DNA of 64,000 nucleotides from Craspedostauros australis (taxonomy: Eukaryota): the NCBI GenBank assembly GCA_030167865.1, contig JALAGF010004012.1, forward strand, positions 1 through 64,000, in the 5' to 3' direction. The stretch's first letter is position 1; every line of letters begins with the position of its first letter. The notes under the pieces are model-generated. The model worked only from the letters and a program-made list of their open reading frames with translations. It was not told the origin of the DNA and did no database searches. This document shows, piece by piece, positions 1 through 10,903 of this stretch. Both the position numbers and the translations under genes were made by a program.

Positions 1-2646
1 GGTGCTACTCATGGACAAACGAGCTCTGCGCGGTTCGAACCGCAGAGAAGAACATCGTCGCTCACTGCGGGACAGATCTTGGCCTTGGTGGGTGATGAGG
101 ATCTAGCTGCACTCGTGAGCGATGATGATGATGGTGACGATGATGCGGAGGAAGCTGGTGGCGCAATTCCCTCTCCGCAAGAACACCTACAAGTCCATGT
201 CAATAGGCAGGATGCCAGTGTTGATGACGGCGAGGCTGGCAGCGGCGGAGACCCCTGTGATGAAGAAAGCACCGACCATGGCAGCCAAACACGAGTGAAC
301 AAGAAGGAGAAGGAGCCTGAAGACATCGATGCGGACATGTCCATCAAAGACCACACACTTGCAGATGAGAATGAGGACAGTCGTACTCATCCACACATTC
401 AAAAGATGCAACCATCCAAAAAGCATCCCACGGATCCCAGGAAGATGATTCTGGATGATCCAAAACCAATCAAAGCGACCGATGAACCCAAAAAGGTCGC
501 CTTCCTCGGAGCTGGCGACAACAAGAGCAAGACGCAAGATCCGCAGGATGGGCCAGAAATCGATGACTTCCTGCATCATTCCATCCTTCGAGACCCGAAC
601 ACGACCGATCTGCCCAGTGCCACCTTGGGCGATTCTGTCATGTCACCGAGTGTCGTCTCGGCACTCTCCAGTCATGCTGAAGCCATCCACCACGATAGTC
701 AAACCTCGCAGGATGCAGGCAGCGAGACTGGCACTCAAGACGAAACCAGCGTTCCCCAAACAGCAAGCGTCGGTGCATTCCGCGTTTCTTCGTCATTCCA
801 ACCACCTGAGAATGACGACGTGGAGACTCTGTCCACACAGTCAGCTCGACTGCAGCAAGCTAACGATCCTGCTGTTGTCGCCGAGCTGGCGCCTACGAGA
901 GACGAGATGAGGGATGAGTTCCGGGAAGAGTTGGAACGCGAAATGGAAGACCGGCTTGATCGTGAAATTCAGGAGCGCATGACGACGAACATCGTGCTCG
1001 CAGAATCCGTTCGTCCCGTTGAACCAAATCATCACGAGGACGGTGATGGTGATGGCGATGGTGATGATGACCCAGATGGTGATGGGGAGATGAGAGTCAG
1101 GAAGACCGACGACGATAGTGGCAAGTGGAAAACACTGGGGCAGAAGGGACGGTGGATGGCTTTTGGTGTGGTACTGATCTGTTTGATCATTGTCGCGGTT
1201 GTCATCGGCGTCATCGTGGGTGGCAGCGACGGTGGCAACGACGGTGGCAGTGACGGTGGCAGTGACTCTGGCGCTTCAACCTCTGCCAGTGATGGCCCAT
1301 CGACAGCATCTCCAACAGCGCAGGTCGGCACATCCTTCCCAACCCTCACGCCGTCCAGCTTTCCCACCACTCCATTCCCGTCCGCCATACCCACGCCAAT
1401 GCCAACACAGACCGATGACTTCTTCATGATGCGTGACAGGCTCCATCCCTTGCTCGAAGACCCTCCCGCCTCACTCAATCTGTCCGTCTTTGATGACCCA
1501 GATTCCATCCCGTATCGAGTGCTCGATTGGATGGCAAATGATGATCCTGAGAGCAAGGCAATCATGGCGAATGAAGCTGATATGGATATGGATGTGGATG
1601 TGGATATGAATATGGATGTGAATGCGAATGAGTATCTGCTGGACAGATACATAATGGCGAGCATGTATTATTCGTGGGATGGTCCGAATTGGCCAGATCA
1701 GATGGGATTTCTGTCCAACACGACCATTTGCAGTTGGAAGGGCCCTGAAAATCGAGGAGTCACCTGCAACGATGATGGATTTGTGGATAGGATCTATTTC
1801 GAGAAAAGTGGGCTGAGCGGTCCTTTCCCAAATGAGTTCTTCCAGATCAGGCGCTGGACGTACATCATTCTCCGCAATGATGCCATCACAGGCACGATCC
1901 CCAGCTCCATATCTCCAAGCCTCGTTCAACTTGATCTGGCTCTGCAACAGCTCACTGGGAGCATTCCAACTGAAGTGGGGTTGCTCACGTATATGCAGCA
2001 CTTCTCAGTCCTCGAAAATTCTCTGAATGGTACCATCCCCACGGAGTTTGGGAATTGCACGAGCCTTATTCTGTTGCAGATGTTTCGCAACTACTTGAGC
2101 GGACAGATCCCATCCGAACTGGGATCATTACCCGCCATCGACACTCTGCAGGTCTACAACAATACGCTGACTGGCACCGTACCAACAGAACTTGGACAAT
2201 TGAGCACGTTGCGGATCTTTGAATTTCCAGAGAACTACATCATCGGAGACATCGATCCGATCTTTTGCTCAGCTTCCAGAAACCTCCCTCCACTGCAGCA
2301 TTTGGCGGCAGACTGTCTGGGGTCGAAGCGAGATGGAAGTCAACTATCCCGCGTTGTATGTTCCTGTTGCTCCATCTGCTGCGATCCGGTCGCGTTCACG
2401 TGCATTCAATCGCCAAGCCTACAAATCCCTGGATGCAGCTTCGGCGGGTGTGTCAGTTGTGAATTGGGTGCTGTTGCGCGAAGCTGCGACAAGTGTCCAT
2501 TTCAGACAGAAGACGGTGGGTTCATCGATTTCGATGATCTCATCGGTGTCACTCACAACCTCACACAGATGTGCAATTTCAAGTGCATGTACAACACGAC
2601 GACCGATACCTGCGAGCAACGGACCCTGTTTGGATTGGATGTGTAG
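1..2646 (+). CDS. Single-pass membrane leucine-rich-repeat protein (diatom-type), 5' end outside window
   Basis: Frame is open from base 1. Order of elements: acidic disordered N-terminus with a VGAFRVS motif; TM helix WMAFGVVLICLIIVAVVIGVIVG; PT/S-rich stalk; LRR N-cap (YRVLDWM...LLDRYIMASMYYSWDGPNW...ICSWKG..VTC); plant-type LRRs (LTGSIPTEVGLL, LNGTIPTEFGNC, LSGQIPSELGSL, LTGTVPTELGQL); ADC...VCSCCSICC cap; extra Cys-rich tail. Confidence 0.9.
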   Translation, partial: GATHGQTSSARFEPQRRTSSLTAGQILALVGDEDLAALVSDDDDGDDDAEEAGGAIPSPQEHLQVHVNRQDASVDDGEAGSGGDPCDEESTDHGSQTRVNKKEKEPEDIDADMSIKDHTLADENEDSRTHPHIQKMQPSKKHPTDPRKMILDDPKPIKATDEPKKVAFLGAGDNKSKTQDPQDGPEIDDFLHHSILRDPNTTDLPSATLGDSVMSPSVVSALSSHAEAIHHDSQTSQDAGSETGTQDETSVPQTASVGAFRVSSSFQPPENDDVETLSTQSARLQQANDPAVVAELAPTRDEMRDEFREELEREMEDRLDREIQERMTTNIVLAESVRPVEPNHHEDGDGDGDGDDDPDGDGEMRVRKTDDDSGKWKTLGQKGRWMAFGVVLICLIIVAVVIGVIVGGSDGGNDGGSDGGSDSGASTSASDGPSTASPTAQVGTSFPTLTPSSFPTTPFPSAIPTPMPTQTDDFFMMRDRLHPLLEDPPASLNLSVFDDPDSIPYRVLDWMANDDPESKAIMANEADMDMDVDVDMNMDVNANEYLLDRYIMASMYYSWDGPNWPDQMGFLSNTTICSWKGPENRGVTCNDDGFVDRIYFEKSGLSGPFPNEFFQIRRWTYIILRNDAITGTIPSSISPSLVQLDLALQQLTGSIPTEVGLLTYMQHFSVLENSLNGTIPTEFGNCTSLILLQMFRNYLSGQIPSELGSLPAIDTLQVYNNTLTGTVPTELGQLSTLRIFEFPENYIIGDIDPIFCSASRNLPPLQHLAADCLGSKRDGSQLSRVVCSCCSICCDPVAFTCIQSPSLQIPGCSFGGCVSCELGAVARSCDKCPFQTEDGGFIDFDDLIGVTHNLTQMCNFKCMYNTTTDTCEQRTLFGLDV

Positions 2647-3148
2647 CCGAGTTGGAGGCGAGCTGATCATTCGTTAGGTGTGTAGCAGCTCTATTACAAT
2701 CCATTACATGCAGTTGCAGTAGCTGTGGCGACTTCCAGCAGACATTATTCCTGTAGCCCGACTGCATGACCCTATTTAGGATTGTATTGGTTGGCCTGCT
2801 GCGTGATGCGGTGGTTGATGGGACGGAGTGTTCGTACTGGTACTGGTATGGGGGAGGGGCGGATCCATTGGACGATTGATACGGAATGAAGTGCATGGGC
2901 CAGAACGCGAGATCATTATCCCGTACCAGAATAGAATCAATACTTGGAGATCTTCACGCTACAGCATAGTGTGCTCTATAATACGAGCAATGCAGGTCTA
3001 CCATGTGAATATGTATAGTACTAATACGAAGACTCGCTCGCATGCGTGGACGTGTAGGTGCGTATGAGCATATGGATAGTGATATGTACGTGCATGTATG
3101 CGCGCGCGGAACAAGTGCTGGCCCTGCTGATCACTTAATGATCATCCA

Positions 3149-4166
3149 TTATGCACTCTCAGAGAGGTTGGTCTTTGCAGGCCGGTTCTTGGATGCTTTC
3201 TTTCTGCTCTTGGGTTTGTTGCTCTTGCTCTTGCTGATCTGGCTCTTGCTGCTCTTGGATTTGTTGCTCTTGCTGCTCTGGCTCTTGCCGCTCTTGGGCT
3301 TCTTGGGCGGTCGCACTTCTTCGATCTCCTCGTCGCTTTCCGTCCATTGAGATATCGACGACGGATCATCGCTACCATGACGAACCAACGGCTGCTGAGG
3401 GCTGCGCTGCGATTCCAATTCGACACGACGCCGTTGGACCTCATCACGAATCTTCATCTCCTCCTCCTCCTCCTTTCGTTTATTCTTGAAGTACAATCGC
3501 CGGCTACAGCAAGCGTAGCTCCTTGGGAGACAGATGAGAACTACCGCAGAGATCCAGTACAGCACAGATGCAAAGATCGTCAATACCGCGCCAGTCTTCA
3601 TGGAGCATTCCTGTGCGGAATCGTACATGCAAAAGCCCGATTGCATGAAGATGAACAAGGTCAGCAGCTGCGTGATGCCAGCTATCACCAGACTCGCCGC
3701 GCATATCACGTAGCTGTAGTAGCAGCAGTTGGTCGGTTTGGTGGTGAACCAGAAGATGGACTCGCCGAGATTACCCAGCCAGCCGATCAGTCCGAAGCAG
3801 GGAGCCTCGATGGCCGAGAACTGTGCGATGAAAACCACCGGATCTACGTTGGAGCTATGGTCTGGGTTGAAATTGAATTCGTATCGTCTGCATTCCCCGT
3901 CGGTGTCGTCTCGTTCGTATCCAAGGATACCGATCTGGATAGTCTCGTCGGTCGGCGTCTCGTTCCATGGACGTGGCAGCGAGTCGCTTGGAGCGTCATC
4001 CGTGTTGGTCATTTCGAAGTAGTTGCAGGTCTGTGCGATGACGACGGAACAGACGACGGCGACCCCAGCCAACACGAAGACGACCAACCTATCATACCAT
4101 GCAGCAGAGCATTAGCGATGAAGACGTTGATCATGTTTTATGAATACTCGTAGCATACGAGTACAT
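3149..4166 (-). CDS. Claudin/LHFPL-like 4-TM protein, paralog 1 (exons 4166-4159, 4088-3149; ~315 aa)
   Basis: Four hydrophobic helices, loop-1 motif C..GILGY..C..Y, loop-2 C-x7-C, K/S-rich tail. The tracked ORF has no ATG. ATG TAC TC|GTATGC...CTAAT...ATAG|G TTG gives an in-frame 70-nt intron (4158-4089); this start model is inferred. Confidence 0.7.
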
Positions 4167-5349
4167 ATGATCAATTCGGGGTCAGATAGAGAGCAGTTTT
4201 TGTGTGAGTGAACGATAGAGTGGTGGGTGCGGATACCATCATTTCTCGCACTGCAGACTCCGCTGCAGATACTATCCACCGTGATGCTCGCATAGAATTG
4301 TCCACGGCGATCCACATCAACGCAGCACCATTTGAGTTTGCGCATGCACAGCAGCAGTCCTGCCAGACCACAAACGTGCGCTTGTTCTCTCACCTCCCAG
4401 CCTTGTTCATGACGGCGGCTTTGCCAGTCAGCCGCTTCTTTGGATCCGCGCGTGCCATTGTTGTTGTATGGTATCAATACGAGTGTGGATGGTGCTTGTT
4501 GGAAGATGCCTCACTTGCGAGTTTGGTACTAACAGGAAAGGAGTATTCAGGGCCTTGATGAGTTTGGATGCCACGTTGTGAGAGTGTGGACCTGTCGGGA
4601 GAGATGCTTTTGTGAGGTGGATGGCTGATGCTGCTGGCCCCTTCCTCTGCGTGCTTCTGCCGTTGAGAAGGATGAGAAAGTTGTGTGTAGTCCTTGCCTG
4701 TTGACCAGTTCTTCGTCCTGGGCCTCGAGAGGAGGCCGCACTCAACGAGGTACCAGCACACAACCATGCCTTCTGCGCACCAGAGGAGCGAAGTGATCAT
4801 TACGACGCAACACAAAAGGAGGCAAATACATGTTCAAGGAGGATTGCGCTGCCCGTTGGCAAAAACGATAAAGATGGCAATCGATGAATTGTGAGAACGC
4901 AGTATCGTTGGAATAGGAATTATATAGGCCTCCAAGACAGGATGGAACGCTGGTTTGGTCTTGAATGACACGCATATTGTTATGTAAATCGGTCACGTGT
5001 GACATGTCGCAAGATGGTATTCGACCCAACACGTTTTCAGTTCGTTAAGTGATCTCCAATCACGAGTGGATATGGCAGCGACGACGGCGAGAACGAAGCC
5101 GAACTTGGGCCAGTCCCAACAAGGGCAGAAGTGGAACCATGACCTGTCCATCTGGCCAAGATGCAGAGTGCGGCGAGATGACCAACACAACGACCCAACA
5201 GCCGAGGGTGCCTCCTGCGATTGTTGTTGGAGCCGTTGTGCTCGCCGTTTCTATGGCATACTTGGATGTTATTGACATGCAATAGGCATTTCTGTTATAA
5301 CGGATTATGTAATGTTGGATATTGGGTTCCCTCCTCCTCGTCTGGTTTG

Positions 5350-7183
5350 CTACGCATGACAGGTGCTTTCCTCGTCAGTTTCGTATGCCCGCGACAAGAT
5401 CGACGCCGGTTTCCGATAGGACGACGTGGATGCTGCTGATCCCACAGATCGCAGGGAGGACCGCTTCGGCTGCCTGCTGCTCATCTTTCGCAGCTGCTTG
5501 CGCCTCGCGCGTCCCGATCGTGTGGATGCGACGGAGCGGCCGTCCACGTCCTCACCTTCCTCTCCTGCCGCATCGGAGGCGAAGAAAAGGAAGTCATCCG
5601 CGCTGGATGCCGCGGAGTGCGTGCGTTGCACATCCCTGCGACTGCCGACGTTATCTGCGGCGTCGTCGTTGTTGTAGTTCATGGACGATGGCAGGATGTT
5701 CTCGTCGATGAAATCGTTGGTCTCTTCTTGTTCCGGGCTGCGCTTTCCCGATCCATCCAGAAGGCCGCGGATGTAGGAGAATGATTTTCTGGTTGACTCG
5801 CGGATGTTGGATGCACCTTGGTTGAATCTGGAGTCGGGGTCCTGCTCCTCGTCATCCAAGCCGCTTCTGTCGTACAGGTTGCTCTGATGGTACGGGTCCT
5901 CGCCGCCTGGTGTATTTTCGTCGTATGTGAAACGCGGCTGACGCCCAGATCTCTTCACCGTGGTCTTGTATCCACGACGCTCGTAAGCTCGCTCCTCGAT
6001 GATGTCCATGCAAGCAAAGCAGCTCGGCAAGAGGAGGGCAATGGCGCAGATCATGTACAGAGCAAATGCGACCCATGCCAAGCGCCCGAAGTACTCCAGC
6101 TCGCAATGGCGTCCCTCGGAGTTGTGGCTGCGATGGAATGGTGTATGTGTGAAGAACGACGAGCGGTGTGAGAAATGGGAAAGATGTGAATGCCGAACTG
6201 CTTCATGGTACCTGCTCATACTCTGTTGCCTTGCTGATGATATGGCAAATCGTACGCGCATCATACAAACGAGGACGAAGAGCAACAGCAATTCACTTGC
6301 GCATCGCTGCGGTCATCGCTTACCACAGGTTGGTTTGGAATGTCATGAGGAAGACTCCGATCTGCAAGAACCCGGCCACAATGAAGATGCATGCCAGCGT
6401 CACAAAGTTGTCCATGGAATGCAACCAGTTCAAGATGAATCGAACCGGTGAAAGGAGGATGTAGCAAATGTTGTACAGCATCGAATGGGCACCATCGTCA
6501 ATGCTTCGCGGCGGCAAGGTCCGCGGCGTTTGCAAGGCCCTGTCCTCGTCGATGTCCGTCTCGGTGTCATCCACGTTGCGTCGCATCTTGTCGCTGTAGT
6601 GCTCGCGTTGGCTGTAGACGGATTGGTCGTCGTCGGGCGCATCGTCGCGATTCTGGAAGAGGGATCCGCATGCCGATTCGCCACAGAGGCAGCGGAAGCA
6701 GCTGGAGACCTGGCTGTAGAAGACGAGCAGCAGTCCCAGGATGCCGACCAACGGCGAAATGAAGGAGCAGAGCTGGGCGAGGACCCACACCATGTCCCAA
6801 CCCTGCTTGCCGATGACGGTGTTCATATCGACGTACACCAGATGGTCGTCCGTCATGTCGTCATCGCCGTCGGCAGAATCCTTTGAGTGTTTCGATTTGT
6901 GCCATCCCCAAGCCGTGGGGGTGTAGTACTGGTGGTATCGCTCGCAGTAGGCATCCTCCTTCGCAGCGTAGCCGAATGTGGAGAAGAAGACCTGGTCGTT
7001 GGCATCCGTCGTCGCGAGGACGTCTGGCAGATCGAGGTTGGTGGCACCTTCGCGGTCGTTGTGTATGGACAGCACCTCGCAGCTGAAGGCCGTGTAGTAC
7101 GCCAGTCCAATAGCGGACGTGGCCGACAGCAGCACCAGGATTCTGTATTGTGCACATGATGAAGCCGTTGGCGATGGAGCCAT
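5350..7183 (-). CDS. Claudin/LHFPL-like 4-TM protein, paralog 2 (exons 7183-6324, 6127-5350; ~545 aa)
   Basis: A GTAAG...CAG intron at 6323-6128 joins TNL-C-HNSEGRHCELEYFG in frame. Same motifs as the paralogs (SCE.LSI, FGY...YCE.Y, Q.C..ISP..G, AGFLQIGVF). Confidence 0.8.
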
Positions 7184-9111
7184 CGATGAGAAAGAGAGGG
7201 AAACAGGCAAAGAGCCGCGGAGATGCGCGAAATGAGGTGACGATGAGATGGATGGTGTGAGTTGTGGATGGCATCTGGAGGGTTGGCGAGCAATTGAACA
7301 GAAGAACCACTGCCTAGAGCATGCGATGGCGATTGCCAGCATGAGCGAAAGCAGAGAGGAGGTATCCACATGGTGATGTTGCTTGTCAAACTGATGATAT
7401 TTCTCAAATCTTGCTCCTTGCTTCTCATCTCCAGACGACAAGCCGTGCCTTCGCCGTCCATACCACTGCCCTTGACTGTGTCTTTGCCCTGTTGCTCATC
7501 TTGAGGATGGAGGAGGCTTGCATAGACTGCACAGACCGCATAGACCGCATAGACCAAGGAGGCGACCCTCGCTGGGCCCCTCAAAGTGGATGCTTGCCTT
7601 CGCCTCAACAATCAGCGATGGATTCATGCACAATCCGCAGAGCAGAAGGATGCCATAACACCACCACCAACAACAACACTAACATCAATAACAACAACAT
7701 CAATAACACTGACAATAACGACTTACCGGACGCATGTGTCCCTCGTCCTGAGGTGCCTCTTTGGTTTCTGTTGATCCGCCGCCTTCATGGTCTCTTCAAT
7801 GTCTCTTTGTCGCCACCAAGATGATCGTTCCCTCCAGATTCTTTCCGATTGGATTGTATGCACGTGTGTGATGTGGGATGAGGCCTCGTTGCTGCTGTTG
7901 CTGATTTGGCGGTTGCTTGTTGTGTCAGCGTCTCCGTTGTCACGGCTGCTGCTGTTTGTGCTGCTGTTGCTGTTGTTGTGTCTGTTTCGTTTCCGTCTCT
8001 TTTCTTTTCGCTCTTCCGCGGCGCCAGCGAGGGGAGCCTTTCTGACCTTTGCGTCTTTGTCCCTCAGCTGCGGCTGATGAAGAGATCAGCGGATGCGCTT
8101 TCACCCCACAAGTATCTCTCTGTCTGTGCTGGCTCGCACCCACGATGCCCTACTCTTGTGCGGTGTTGGTCTGTATTAGCCTCGACGAAGATCAAAGCGA
8201 AGTCAAGGTGGAGTGAAGTGAGGTGATCCCTTTGTTGATGATGTTGGTTGTGTTGTGTTGGCGCCCTACGACTGACTATTGTATGAAATGCGCTTCAATT
8301 GTCAATTGCGAAGTCTTCGTTTGCTTCTCTACTCGTAGCGTTGCCGATCGGATGCTATTGGCGTTTCTCTTCTTGTGGACACCTCGATGGAACGAGAGAG
8401 GCTAAAGCTCGACGAATGGGGGAAATGAGGAATGGAGGGAGGCGCCAAAAGGGTGCGGATGTCGCCGCAAGGGTGGCGAGAGCGTTGCGCCTCTAACCTC
8501 TTCCTCCTCAATTTTGGTGTGGTTTCGCGCATTTTGTTGGCCAAAGATTTTCCGTTCACAACTTCGCGGTGTTTCGCCAACAACTCTGCTCACCGACGAC
8601 GTGGCGATAAATGCCACCAACAAGCTCCTTGGTCATTTATCCTTCTCACCAAACGGTCCACGCACGAGTTTGGATGGATTTTTCCATAATCTTGTGTCGC
8701 AGGGCTGTCAAAAGCTATCGAAATCGTGTTCTTCAATGTCCATGACCACTCGACTGCAGCTGTCCGAATGCCGCATGTCCTGGCGAAATGATGAAATCGT
8801 CCCTTCAGATTATCTCGATACCCTTCAGTGCGACACAATGGAACCATTTATCTCTAGGTTGGTCTACGGACTCCACACACCACAATATCGACTACATCGA
8901 ATAATCAGGGAAGATACGTTTAGACTCAATGGACTCGATCAATTCTGTTGATGTTCTCTTCCAATCCACCCATCATCACCTCTGCGCCACAACATGCTCG
9001 ACACACACACCTGCCGAAGTCTCACAGCATTCCAACCTCAAACGCAATACTCTCCTTAGAATAGAGCATTGTTATCTCGTCCATCGTCTCTGTCGTCGCC
9101 AGAATCTTGTG

Positions 9112-10419
9112 ATGTGGACAGCGCGCAAACAGTTGGCGTTGCTCATGATTCCAAATCTCGGGTGGTCCTTTGGATTCCAGACCATAGCGAGGAGCTTTGT
9201 GCACATCACAGGATACGATCAGCGTTCGAGGAGACGAGCAGCGAGGCGAGGAACGGCGGGGTGTACAGCATTTTTCCGACGACCAGCCCATCACTTTTGC
9301 TGCGAGAACAGGATGAGTCTGCAATCGGGCAAGGATGGCCATGAAGCCACTCTCAATGATACCAACGATCAAGAAATGCACTCGGAGCGACAGTCGACGG
9401 CAGTATCAAGTCCGTTGGAAAATGTGAACACGAATGTGAACATGAGTATGCACACAAATGAAGGCAGTGACGCAAGCACACGCGCAACAACAGAGGAAGG
9501 AAAGGATCCGGATATGCGACGCAAGTTGCACACGCTCACGATCTGCATGGTGCCACCGCCGAACAACGAGAGGGTATGGGAATTGCTGTCCCGGATGCGA
9601 GTGGAGTTGAAAGATCCGGGTTACTACCGATGGCCGCCGCATGCGAACATGCTCTATCCCTTCATTCACTTCAGCGACGACGAATTGTCAGACATCGCGC
9701 GGCAGCTCCACGCGGCAGGCAAGCAGCATGAACCATTTACCGTCGCGCTCAATACGTACGGCACGTTCGGAGGCAGAGACCGCGGCGTACTTTGGCTGTA
9801 TCCCGATAGCGGTATCCAAGGCGAGGCGGTGCGATTGACAGATTCCGAGCGCTTTGATCAGGATCTGCCTCTCAACCGATTATTCAAAAGCTTGGAGGCG
9901 GCGTTCCCAATGTGCAATGATTCTGCCATCAAGGGTGGTTTCAAACCACACATGACGCTGTCTCATTTCGACAATGCGACGGCGGCATTGGAAGCGCAGC
10001 AGCATTTGGAGTCCATGTTCTCGCTGGATGAGCTGCGATTCGAGATGGACCGATTCTACCTGTTGCAACGCAAGGATGACAATGGCCAATTCCTGCGCGT
10101 GGCCGATGTGGGGATTGGATCCAATTCGTCCTTCGAAGTATTCGATCCGCCGGTGCCGTTCCCCGCCATGCCGACGCAAGAGGAAGCCTGGGTGTATGAA
10201 GAACGCATGAAACTCAAGGCGAGACGCAATGGCAAGCGCGGGAGGCGCGCAGGGGTGCGAAGCAAACGACGGCCGAGATGGAAGCCGGCCAGGGTGCCGG
10301 ATACGCCGGAAATCATAGCGCAGAAGCGGGCCGAACGCAAGGCCAAACGGGAACGTCTGCAGCGTGAAGAGGAGGAACAAGAGCATCTTTTGGAGCAGGA
10401 GGATGGAGGAGAAACGTGA
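9112..10419 (+). CDS. 2H phosphoesterase / 2'-5' RNA ligase superfamily protein (LENG9-like), possible organellar leader
   Basis: Two His motifs, RWPPHANMLYPF and FKPHMTLSHF; basic/acidic C-tail. Start chosen at MWTARKQLALLMIPNLGWSF (signal-like); the ORF extends upstream to 8929. Confidence 0.8.
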   Translation: MWTARKQLALLMIPNLGWSFGFQTIARSFVHITGYDQRSRRRAARRGTAGCTAFFRRPAHHFCCENRMSLQSGKDGHEATLNDTNDQEMHSERQSTAVSSPLENVNTNVNMSMHTNEGSDASTRATTEEGKDPDMRRKLHTLTICMVPPPNNERVWELLSRMRVELKDPGYYRWPPHANMLYPFIHFSDDELSDIARQLHAAGKQHEPFTVALNTYGTFGGRDRGVLWLYPDSGIQGEAVRLTDSERFDQDLPLNRLFKSLEAAFPMCNDSAIKGGFKPHMTLSHFDNATAALEAQQHLESMFSLDELRFEMDRFYLLQRKDDNGQFLRVADVGIGSNSSFEVFDPPVPFPAMPTQEEAWVYEERMKLKARRNGKRGRRAGVRSKRRPRWKPARVPDTPEIIAQKRAERKAKRERLQREEEEQEHLLEQEDGGET

Positions 10420-10903
10420 ATGTGAAAGTGTGTCGACACATGTTCAACAATGGTGAGTGTCGTCCTCCAGTATCCACGGTGTGGCAATCTCGGTACTGTG
10501 AGAAACGATCGAGGTATTTTACATCCTCGCTTATCCTCGTCCGAGCTTTGCTTGGTGGCAGTGATATGATGGGAACGATCGCATGAAGAGCCTTGGCATC
10601 AAAATGATCCGCATGGACCTCGGTGCGCCACAGTGCGAGCACTCTGCCAACATATAAAGATTGTTCAGCAACAGTCCAGGATCCCTCAATCCATAACAAC
10701 ACAGTCACACAATGAATTGCAAAAGCATCGTCAAGCAGAGCAATGTGGAGACTAACACTTGTGTCTCGCTAGTTTATTCGGATAGAATATTCACTTTTTT
10801 GTATTGTGGTTGGACCATCGACGAATTTCTGGGCGAGGATGCACATTCACACATAACACGCCATAGGACAGTGTAGGTTTGAGGGCCAGAGGACAGGCAC
10901 CAG

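Noticed and set aside
1578-1626. (GATATG/GATGTG)n tract as a possible intron
   Set aside because: In frame, no splice signals needed; coding microsatellite (DMDMDVDV)
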